Shown one piece after another: positions 35,301 through 44,700 of a stretch of DNA of 64,000 bases. This stretch comes from a virus (taxonomy: Duplodnaviria; Caudoviricetes). Made by a program: the position numbers and the translations under genes. Numbering within the stretch: position 1 is the stretch's first letter; each line of letters starts with the position of its first letter. The notes under the pieces are model-generated. The model did no database searches. It was not told where the DNA came from and saw only the letters and a program-made list of their open reading frames with translations. The DNA is taken from the IMG/VR virus record IMGVR_UViG_3300008262_003210. One strand, given 5' to 3'.

Positions 35301-38004
35301 TGGAGTTGGCCAAACACGTTTAAGAATTGAAAATCGTACAGGTACATGGGCAGTTGGTAATACTGTACTTTATTATAACACTGACGGAACTACTTTGTTA
35401 GCCAGCGGCACTATTTCCAGTATCAATGGAAACTATATTAATCTAGCAGGCAAATGTTCTGGATTTGAAACAATTACAGATAGAGTTGGTAAAACTGTTT
35501 ATGCTCAAGGCAACGCTAAACTTTCAACTAGTATTAGAAAGTTTGGTACTGCTAGTTTGGCTTTAGACGGTACAGGAGATTATGCAACAGTCCCAAGTCA
35601 ACCAGATTTTAATTTTGGAACTGGAGATTTTACAATAGAGTGCTGGATATATAGAAGCATATCTAACGTACAACATAACATACTTGATTTTAGAACAACC
35701 AATACACAAAATGCTCCCGTAGTCTACATTCAAAATACTAATCAGTTAACATATTACGTTAATGGTTCTATTAGGATTACAGGAACAACAGTATCAACAG
35801 GTGTGTGGCATCACGTTGCCCTGTCAAGACAAGGAACGTCTACAAAATTATTCTTTAACGGAGCCCAAGTTGGTTCTACATGGACTGATACAACTGACTA
35901 TATTCAATCTCCGTTAACTATCGGTTCTAGATTTGACGGCATATCTGGAAACTTTAATGGGTACATTGATGATGTTCGTGTTACTAAAGGACTAGCAAGG
36001 TATACTTCTACATTTATAACTCCTACAGCAGCGTTCGTGGGCGATACAGATACAGTATTACTATTACACTTTAATGGTACTAACAATTCAACAACATTTA
36101 TTGATGACGGCGTTACACTACAAGATTTACGAACTAATGCCGGTGGTACTGCAAGCCTAATCCAATTTGCTGATTATTCAGACTTTGGTGCTGAATTACG
36201 TGCAATTGGATCAGCAGCTATCTACGGTAACTATGGTGCATACGGCGAAGGCGAAGGTGTTATTGCCTATTTGATAAGCCAAAATTTTGCCTATGTAGGT
36301 TCTGGAAAAGTATCTACAAATGATCCTAATGACAGAATTGCAGCCAATGAAGTTACAAAACTCAACCTTGCTAAAATTTATTACACCAGTGTAGATAATG
36401 AAGGTAATTTTAGTATTGGAGATGCATTTTTTGTAAATCAAGAAACTGGTGATGTGTTGTTTAACGGTGAAAGTTTAAACATAACTGTTCCGGGCGGAAT
36501 AACATTTACCAACGGTGTAAATTCAACAACTATAACACCAACTGATGTCACTACTGGCAACATACGTATTAGTGGTAATACTATTGAAAGTATAACAGGC
36601 GATGTTAACGTAACTGCGGCCAGCGGATCAATTAATTTACAAAACAATACATTTATTACAGGTAACTTAGATGTAACGGGCGATATTATCCTCGGTGGAA
36701 ATATTCAAGTTGGTGATGCAAACACAGATACAATTAATTTTGTTGGTGGCATCAGCAGCAACTTAGTACCATCTACTACAGCAACATACGACTTGGGAAC
36801 TCCAAGTTTACGTTGGGATAATGTTTTCCTAAATCGTGTTGAAATTGATAATTTAGTAATTGACAACAATACTATTGAAACAACAACAAGTAACGACAAT
36901 CTAATACTTAAAGCAAATGGAACAGGTGTTGTTTCTGTACCTAATAATGATGTACTTATTGACCAAAATTTAACAGTCACCACTGACCTTACTGTTTCTA
37001 CTGGCACAACTTATCTTAAAAACACTGGGATTACTGGAACAGTTACTCAAACAGGTGATTTTAATCAAACTGGCGACTTTACTTCAAGCGGAACATTGCA
37101 AGTTACAGGAAATACAGAACTTACCGGATATTTAGATTTACCAAATATTAGTATTAACGGCAATACCATTTCTACAAAAACAGCAGGATCTGATTTGCTA
37201 TTATCTGCCAATGGTACTGGCGATGTTTTAATTGAAAACTTGTCAGTTGATGGATCTATAATATCAAGTACTGTTGCAGATTCTAGCATTACATTGAAAC
37301 CCTTAGGTCAAGGTATAGTAGAGATTGATAGTAATCAAAGTTTAAAATTACCTGTTGGCGGCGACAGCGATAGACCACTAACTCCAGCTAGCGGAATGAT
37401 TCGTTATAACTCAGATTTGAGCAGATACGAAGGATATAACAACGGCTACTGGTTAAGTATGAGTGGCGTTGCTGATGCAGACGGCAACACATATATTACA
37501 GCAGAACTTACCCCAGGTGCAAACGACAACACATTAAGATTTTATGCTGATAGTAGTCTAATGGTTACTATTGACGCTACAAAATTATATGCAGAGCGTT
37601 TACAAACTAGTAATTTAGACATACAAGATGACACAATAACTCCTATTTCTCCAAACAGTGATTTAAATTTATCATCTACTGGAACAGGAAGTGTAAGGTT
37701 AGGTAACTTGTCTGTTAAAAACAATACCATAACTAACATTGTGTCTGGAGCAGTAACACAGTTTTCTCAAACTGGAACTGGATATATAAAGATAGAAGGC
37801 ACCAATGGTTTAGTCTTTCCTAGCGGATCAGATTCAGACAGACCAGCAGCGCCTGTGCTTGGAATGATGCGATATAACACACAGCAACAGCTGGTAGAAG
37901 TTTATAATGGTAGCATATGGACTGGTGTTGCAGGATCGTCAGGCGGTGTAACTTTTGCAGAAGCTTCGGCTATTGCTATTGAATACGTGTTAGTTTTAGG
38001 ATAA
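32368..38004 (+). CDS. Fibre/spike protein, paralog of 29016, with inserted FG-GAP propeller and LamG domain
   Basis: Shares N-terminus GRI(T/G)GPLL and the beta-helix with 29016; 7 FG-GAP-like repeats; LamG-like DFTIECWIY...WHHVALSR...YIDDVRVT. Confidence 0.8.
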   Translation: MAVGRITGPLLKANLLRNGVDLAFETDLLYLDVNNGRVGIKTSLPDYDLDVNGTTRSTNLTATTQADLATFNVATDTISSSSSIINLRPAGANPVVYQGKIQTGDLQLSTNTIETTATDQDLDINTLGTGQVNVNANLNVNGDVHVTGNLQVDGDASGTITIGDADTDNVEFKADVNSNIIPDDNETWDLGSNPTSGGKRWKTVYTKDLIAQQITASNVLVDGIDLTQIQGNIYYVATTGSNSNAGEHEHDPVLTLKYALSLANAGDCIYIFPGVYQEIFPLTVPAGVSVKGAGLRSVKITPTVGTRFNDAFLLNGETTIEDLTIADFFSTSTAQITLSSVLNNPNAYSTSSSDQFGWSVAVSDNYAIVGAVSEDDAGGQSSGKAYIFNTTTGALVHTLNNPNAFGTSLGDQFALSVGISGNYAIVSATVEDDAGGTDSGKVYIYNVTTGALIRTLNNPNAYSTSGGDLFGRSIAVSGNYAIVGAVSEDDAGGSSSGKAYIFDLTHASTDSTTSVQVEFGAADNLDGTFTIDLASLGITDPGALIIINSVDIRGDLSSNAIEYIDLKLSTAAGYNRYISGFDDATYRNFAWLGGQPTSVGNVNIDYIIPPDINFSPTGMPNGYFWQVRLNITVTISALRHVLNNPNAYSTSGSDNFGLSVDISDNYAIVGAYLEDDAGGSGAGKAYVFNVASGALVQTLNNPNAFGTSVSDQFGLSVGISGNYAIVGAYPEDDAGGTSSGKAYIFNATTGALIHTLNNPNAYSTSASDQFGFSVDISGNYAIVSANVEDDAGGTSSGKVYIFSTISGQLLQTINNPNAYSTSAGDQFGHIVAISGNYAMVGAIGEDDAGGTDSGKAYIYNLTGTVENGYAFRFATGMTVTNRSPYIRNVTVITKGSTTSVTDPYGFDSGDAGKGALADGSVVNAASVEASMLFHSVTFITPNQEAITATNGVRIEWLNSFSYFADKGLYLTSGPLGFAGVGQTRLRIENRTGTWAVGNTVLYYNTDGTTLLASGTISSINGNYINLAGKCSGFETITDRVGKTVYAQGNAKLSTSIRKFGTASLALDGTGDYATVPSQPDFNFGTGDFTIECWIYRSISNVQHNILDFRTTNTQNAPVVYIQNTNQLTYYVNGSIRITGTTVSTGVWHHVALSRQGTSTKLFFNGAQVGSTWTDTTDYIQSPLTIGSRFDGISGNFNGYIDDVRVTKGLARYTSTFITPTAAFVGDTDTVLLLHFNGTNNSTTFIDDGVTLQDLRTNAGGTASLIQFADYSDFGAELRAIGSAAIYGNYGAYGEGEGVIAYLISQNFAYVGSGKVSTNDPNDRIAANEVTKLNLAKIYYTSVDNEGNFSIGDAFFVNQETGDVLFNGESLNITVPGGITFTNGVNSTTITPTDVTTGNIRISGNTIESITGDVNVTAASGSINLQNNTFITGNLDVTGDIILGGNIQVGDANTDTINFVGGISSNLVPSTTATYDLGTPSLRWDNVFLNRVEIDNLVIDNNTIETTTSNDNLILKANGTGVVSVPNNDVLIDQNLTVTTDLTVSTGTTYLKNTGITGTVTQTGDFNQTGDFTSSGTLQVTGNTELTGYLDLPNISINGNTISTKTAGSDLLLSANGTGDVLIENLSVDGSIISSTVADSSITLKPLGQGIVEIDSNQSLKLPVGGDSDRPLTPASGMIRYNSDLSRYEGYNNGYWLSMSGVADADGNTYITAELTPGANDNTLRFYADSSLMVTIDATKLYAERLQTSNLDIQDDTITPISPNSDLNLSSTGTGSVRLGNLSVKNNTITNIVSGAVTQFSQTGTGYIKIEGTNGLVFPSGSDSDRPAAPVLGMMRYNTQQQLVEVYNGSIWTGVAGSSGGVTFAEASAIAIEYVLVLG
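33394..34950 (+). repeat. Seven 171-bp (57-aa) FG-GAP-like coding repeats with a 387-bp insert between copies 3 and 4
   Basis: Repeat starts (AAYAAYCCCAAYGC) at 33394, 33565, 33736, 34294, 34465, 34636 and 34807. Confidence 0.9.
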
Positions 38005-38011
38005 AAAAAAT

Positions 38012-38341
38012 ATGGCAACCTCGTTTAATAATGCACTCCTATCAGAATTAGGACAAACAGAGCAAAATGTTTTTACTGTGGCTTCGAATGCTAGGGTAAC
38101 AGTTATTGGTTTAAGTTTTGCAAACTTAACTGATAGTGTTATACTAGCCAGTGTTAGAATACAAGGAAGTCCTAGCGGGTCAGCATATTTTTGTAAAAAT
38201 ATACCAGTACCACCAAATCAAAGTTTACGTGTAATTAACGGCGGCGAAAAATTAATTCTTTCTAGCGACATGACTATGTATGTTCAAGCTAGCCAAGAAG
38301 ACAGTTTAGATTTAATTGTCAGCTACGTTTCAATTACCTAA
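38012..38341 (+). CDS. Small beta-sandwich structural protein (paralog family of 3)
   Basis: 109 aa; VFTVAS...VIGLSFANLT...IPVPPNQSLRV...EKLIL. Confidence 0.6.
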   Translation: MATSFNNALLSELGQTEQNVFTVASNARVTVIGLSFANLTDSVILASVRIQGSPSGSAYFCKNIPVPPNQSLRVINGGEKLILSSDMTMYVQASQEDSLDLIVSYVSIT

Positions 38342-38352
38342 GGAAAAGAATT

Positions 38353-38721
38353 ATGACATACTACGTTGGAGCAGTTAGTACAACAGATTTATTAGGAAAT
38401 GATAATCCTAGGTTCTTCTATGGATTGAGAAGAACAGAAGATGGTACTTTATACTTTACAAAATTAGGTCAGTTAATTGGAACTGAAGCAGTTAGAATTA
38501 ATATTGCAGGACCTGCATCAGAAGATTTTGAAGATTTTGAATATGGTGTAGATTTTTTTGATGGAAGGCTTGCCGAAGATCACAGCAGACCTTATGCTAA
38601 CTTAAATTTCGATCAATATCGCTGGGATCAACGGAATTGTTATTATTACATTAATACTAGCGGCGAACTAGTAATTAGAGTTAATCAAGCATACGTATAC
38701 GATCCATCACAAATTATTTAA
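38353..38721 (+). CDS. Hypothetical structural-module protein
   Basis: 122 aa, aromatic/acidic; SD present. Confidence 0.55.
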   Translation: MTYYVGAVSTTDLLGNDNPRFFYGLRRTEDGTLYFTKLGQLIGTEAVRINIAGPASEDFEDFEYGVDFFDGRLAEDHSRPYANLNFDQYRWDQRNCYYYINTSGELVIRVNQAYVYDPSQII

Positions 38722-38735
38722 TATAGGATAAAAAA

Positions 38736-41700
38736 ATGGCCGCAGAGTTTAAAATTTCCCGACTTAGATATAACTATCTTGGAGAATGGGACGTTGACGC
38801 ATTTTATAATCGAGATGCTGTTGTTACCTACGAAGGTAAACTGTATGTTTGTTTAGAACCACATACTTCTGGCACAACCCAGCCTACTTTTTATGATGCT
38901 CTTAATAATGTAACATTGGGAGCACCCAATCCTTACTGGGAAATAGTTATTGATTCAAGAAAATGGTCCGGTGATTGGCAAACAACAACGTTTTATAGTT
39001 TAGGAAATATTGTTCGTTATGGCGGGTCGTTGTATATTTGTACAGAACAGCATACTAGTGGCTTAGTTATTGATGAAAATAAATTTGACTTGTTTGCTAC
39101 CTCAAACGGCAATTGGGATAATACATGGGACGTAGGTATCGCATACGGAGTAGGCGATATAGTTAGATATGGCGGAATTCTATATAGATGTATTGAAAAC
39201 CACATATCCGCTGCCACTGTTGCGCTAGGCTTAGAAGAAGATCAAGCATCGTGGGCTGATTTTTTTGTTGGAGTCGAGTTTAAAGGAACTTGGAACAGCT
39301 CTGGTTACAGATACAAGAAGAATGACCTTGTAAAATACGGCGCTGACGTATGGATTGCAGAATCAGGCCACACTTCGTCATTAACATTTGACCAAACAAA
39401 ATGGGATTTATGGGCACCAGGGCAAGATTATACAGATTCTTGGAGCTCAAGTGTAACTTATCAAATAGGAGATGTTATACTATACGGCGGTTATACTTAT
39501 ACTAGTTTAGTTGCCAACAACTTAAACAATGTTCCTTCAGTTGATGCAATTTCTTGGGAGTTGTTAACAAAAGGATACAGTTTTGAAAACGACTGGAATT
39601 CCAGCACAAGTTACAAAGTAGGTAATGTAGTTAGAAGAGGTGGATTGATATATGTAGCTGTACAAGATAATAATAATCAAGATCCTACAAATCTTAGTGT
39701 ATCAAAAACTTTTCAATCATCAACTGACACAACAATTACTTTAAACAATACATCTGGATTAGTTCCAGGATTGATTATTACAGGTCCTAAAATATCTACA
39801 GGGCCGTCAATAGTAACTGTTATAGACGGATTGCAAATTAAGATTAGCGAATTATTTGACGGCTCTCTTACTACTGGAGATACTTTAGATTTTCGAGGAA
39901 TTAATTACATATATTGGAGTCTTGTAGTTCCTAGTGTAAATTGGAGAGGAATTTGGGAGGATGAGGTAGATTATTCTATAGGTGATGTTGTTTTATACGG
40001 CAATAAAACATATAAGTGTATTCAAAGCCATACTAGCTCTGAAATTACTGGCGATAAACCAACTTCTAATACTGGTTATAATTTTTGGATATCTTATTTC
40101 TATCATGCAAGAAGAAACAGTCTCACAGATCAGGGAGATATTAGAACTATTGCTGGAGGAGCATCAACTGTTGTTAATATTGGCGAACAAGACCAAGTAC
40201 TCCAAGCGTGTATCTATCTAAACGAAACAGGCAGTAATAGTGGATATGGTACTTCAGTTGAAATTCCTGACGGCGAAGTATTGCCAAAGTGGAAGAAAAT
40301 TTTAGTAAGTCCAAATCTGTTTTATGTTTCAGAAAGTGGAGTTGATGCACCAGGTTACGGGGAAACATGGGATAGACCTTGGAGAACAATTAAGTATGCT
40401 ACTGAGCGAGTAGATGCCGGCACAGAAAATCAAGGAATTAAAGCCTGTTTAGAAGCAAACAAAAAGTTTCTTACAACTGAAATGTATCAGTGGATGTTGT
40501 ATCAAAAACAATATACCATTGCTCCTTTCTCACCAACAAGTCAGTTTGATCCTGATAAAACTGTTAGAGATGCCAGTTATATAATTGATGGTGTTGTTTA
40601 TGACTTGTCTCGCGGAGGCAATGCACAAACCGTTATAAATGCAAGAGCATTTTTTAACGCTGAAGGCAGGGGCGGCTATATCAATTCATCAGTTGAAGCA
40701 CAAATGCCATTCTTTATTGCCGCATTAAATAGACTCAAAACATTAATGTTAAGCAATGTTTTAATTGGACAAGTACCAACAACATTATACCAAGAAGTAA
40801 ACGGTATTACACCTGGCGACATTATAGAAATGCAAACAGGATTCATAACAGGATTCTTAACTGATGTTGAAACATTATTAGATATTGTTATAGATGCCCT
40901 CACTGATGCAACAACAGATAATATCCCGTACCCAAATAAAGGGTTAACGGCAACAATCATGGTAAAAACAGGAACTTATGAAGAAGAACTACCAATTATA
41001 GTTCCTGAATACTGTGTTATCCAGGGAGACGAGCTTAGAGGTGTAACTGTAACACCAAAAACAGTTATCAATACATTTACAGAAACAAGTGTATCTGGCA
41101 GTACAACTCCTGCTACCACAACATTGACAGGTGCTGTTGGCCATAGCGAGTGGGATTTCAGCACAGACGGAACAGTAACTTTAACTGCAACAGGCTTGCC
41201 GTACCATAGTTACGGAAATTTAGACGATCCTAATACACCTGATGATATTGAAATTGATAAAACATTTCCGTGGAGAGGTGGTACTGATATTTCAGCAGAA
41301 GATAAAGTTGCAACAGATCCAGGAACAATAGGTTATTGGATTAACGGTGTTAGTATTGTAAGCCCTAATGCTGGTACTGATGCACCAGATGGTTTTGTTG
41401 CGTTGTCGGGTTTTAATTACAATAAAAGCGCATATACAGCATTTGCATTAAACTATTCTTGGGGAGCAGATGATGCCGGCGGATTTTCTTCCGCTGACGG
41501 TACATATCATTACACTGACTTTAGTTTTGATTTATCATGGACTAGTGGTGATGGCTTTGTGAGTGGCAATAATAATACAGGATCTAGTGAGTTAAGCGAA
41601 ATTCCTTATTTGAGCGGTTCTTTAACACAAGCAAACGGCCATAGCAAAATCATCGGTATAAGTCTAGACGGCTATCCAATATACGGTCCATTTGGTTATA

Positions 41701-44700
41701 CCGATCCTCTTAGTTCTACTGGTGGTGTTTCGTTGATGGAGTCTGGATATACTTTTAAAAATTCTAACTACCGAGCAGGAACAGCTGCAAGTAATCTTAC
41801 ACAGTATCCAATGGGTATGTTTGTACAAGATTACGAATTTACAGATGCAGGTACACTAGATGAACACAATGGACGCTATTGTGTAACTCCAGAATATCCT
41901 AACGGAACTTATGCATATTTTGTCACAGTAGATGCCGCAAATTTATATCCAGTATATCCGTACGTTATTGGTAACACATACTACGCACAACCAGCTGCAG
42001 AAGCACCAACAGCAACTACTGAAGGTGCTGGAGGCGGCTTTGCACCACTAGGATTAGATATTATTTTTACAGGCGGATATTTTAACTGCTACAGCACACA
42101 GAACATGTCTGCCGACGAGCCAATTCAATTTGTGTCAACATCTAGCTTTATTACTAATTTAGATCCGTTTGAAACAGCCGCAATCACAGCAGGTAAAACA
42201 TATTATGTAGTTGGCGACACATTAACCGCAACAACATTCCAGGTTGCAGAAGTGCCGGGAGGAAGTCCTATTGGTCTATCTGGTGGCAATGGATTCATGC
42301 AGATTATTGGCGGCGATGCAACCAAAGATATGTTCCGTATAAGAAATGCTACAGGATTAAGAAATTTAACATTAAAAGGTTTATTAGGAACACTAACCCC
42401 AGTAAACGAATACTTGACAGCAAGACCAACTGGCGGAAGTTATTGTGCTTTTGATCCAGGATCAGGACCTGACGATACTAAAACTTGGATTAAAAATAGA
42501 AGTCCGTATTTACAAAACGTAACGTTATTTGGATCTGGTTGCTCGGCCATGAAAGTTGACGGGACTTTACACAACGGTGGCAATAGGTCTATGACTGCCA
42601 ACGATTTTACTTGTGTACTAAGTGACGGTATTGGTGCATGGATTACAGGAACAGAAAGTAAAGCAGAACTTATTTCTGTGTTTACTTACTATAACTATGC
42701 AGGTTATTTTGCAGAAGACGGCGGAAGAATTCGTGCAGCTAATGGAAACTGTTCTTACGGAGAATTTGGCGCTATTGCAGAAGGATTTGACTTAGAAGAA
42801 GATCCTATTACTGCCACTGTTGATAATCAAACTTTTCAAGCTAGTGCAAGTGTGCAACAATCGTTTGGATTACAAGCGGCATTATTAAAATTACAATATA
42901 GTAACGCAGGTATTGAATACATTCAAACAGTTACTAATTTATTAAATCACAGTAATAACTTTTTAGGTGCAGGATGGACTACAGACGGCAACGTAAACTT
43001 ATCTAAAAATTTAATAGCACCAAGCGGATTGAATGATGGATGGACATTTAATGGTACAACATCTAATACAGATAGTTCATACATTTATAAAAACGTAACT
43101 ATACCCCCTCAAGGAGCAATCTACACCAACTTAGCTGGTTCAAACATTTCAGGAAGTGGTAGTGGTGCAACATTTGACGTAACTGTCACTGCAACAACTT
43201 TTAGTGTTGTAGTTTCATCGTTAGGATCAGGCGGTGTTGGTTATGTTTTAGGAAATCAAATTACAATCTACGGAAGTCAAGTTGGCGGTCTAGATGGTGT
43301 TAACGACATTACATTAACTGTTGCAAGTCTAGTAGGTTCGACTATTATTACAGTTTCTGCTGCGGGTACTGTTCCAGCAGGTTCTGCACTAAGATACACA
43401 TTTAGTATTCATGCTAAAAAATCAACATCAAACGTATTTGATTTATACGCCATATTCACAGGATCAAGCACACGAACAAGCTCTGTTACGTGGAATTTTA
43501 ACACCAGAACATTGACTTCTACAGATTTTGGAGACGGTGGTTTAGTTCCCGGTGTTGCATATAGAGGAGTTGATTATTTAGACAATGACTGGTACAGAAT
43601 TTGGTTCTCTGTCTATGATACTAATGCTCTTAATAATACTGTGCAACTAAGAATCTACCCAAGGGGCAGATTAGGAACTACTGGAGCAACATCATTTTAC
43701 GGAGCTCAGGTGGAAATTGGAAGTTCTCGTAGATTCTATCTTTCTACTACTACAGGATTATACGATGCGTATGCAGATTACATTATTAGCGGTGCAGGTG
43801 TTGATGCACAATTAGTAGCTGACGAAACAAGATCTAATTCTGTTTATCAGTCACGAATTACAGATCCAGGATCTGGCGCAGGTGGTACAGGATATTTAAT
43901 TGCAAGCAACAATGCACAAGGTGGCAATGCATCGTTTATTATACTTGCACAATCAGATATTAACACAGCTGCTAATTATAACGGAATGAGAATATTTGTT
44001 AATAGCGGTACTGGTGCTGGACAATTTGGATTTATTTCTAATTATGACGAAAACACAAAAATTGCTTCTGTTTTAAAAGAATCTGTGACACCACTGACAA
44101 TCAGTGCTGTATCAACAGCCGATGATTCATTTACACTTAGCGATACAGCAGATGATATTGGTACGTTGTACATAGATCAACCTGTGCAATTTATTCCAAC
44201 ATATTATAGTACTAGTGTTACTAATACATCAGAAGAATCATATCCAATTATTTCTATTGTAGGCGGAACAGTAAACACTATGGCAATGGCTAATACTGCT
44301 GTGCTTTATTATAATATGCCTATTAAATTTAGCGGAAATATTCCAGAAACAGCTGGGGTGATTGCAAACTTCACATATTTTGTACAAGAAATTGTTGATG
44401 AATTCTATTTTAAAATTACAAGTACATCATTTGGTCCAGTACTTCCGTTATCAGCAAATACACCAACAGGAATGAACATTGACATTCCGTCAAATACTAG
44501 TTACTTAAAAGTAACTTCAACTGCTGGAATGGCTGCAAATATGCCAATTCAATTTACTGGTACAGCATTAGGCGGCATCAGTTTAGGACAAATTTACTTC
44601 ATTCACGATGTAATTGATTCAGTAAGATTATCTATCTCTACATCATTGCTGTCACCGGTAGTTACTGCAACAGATTCAGCAAACAACAGATTATCTGTTA

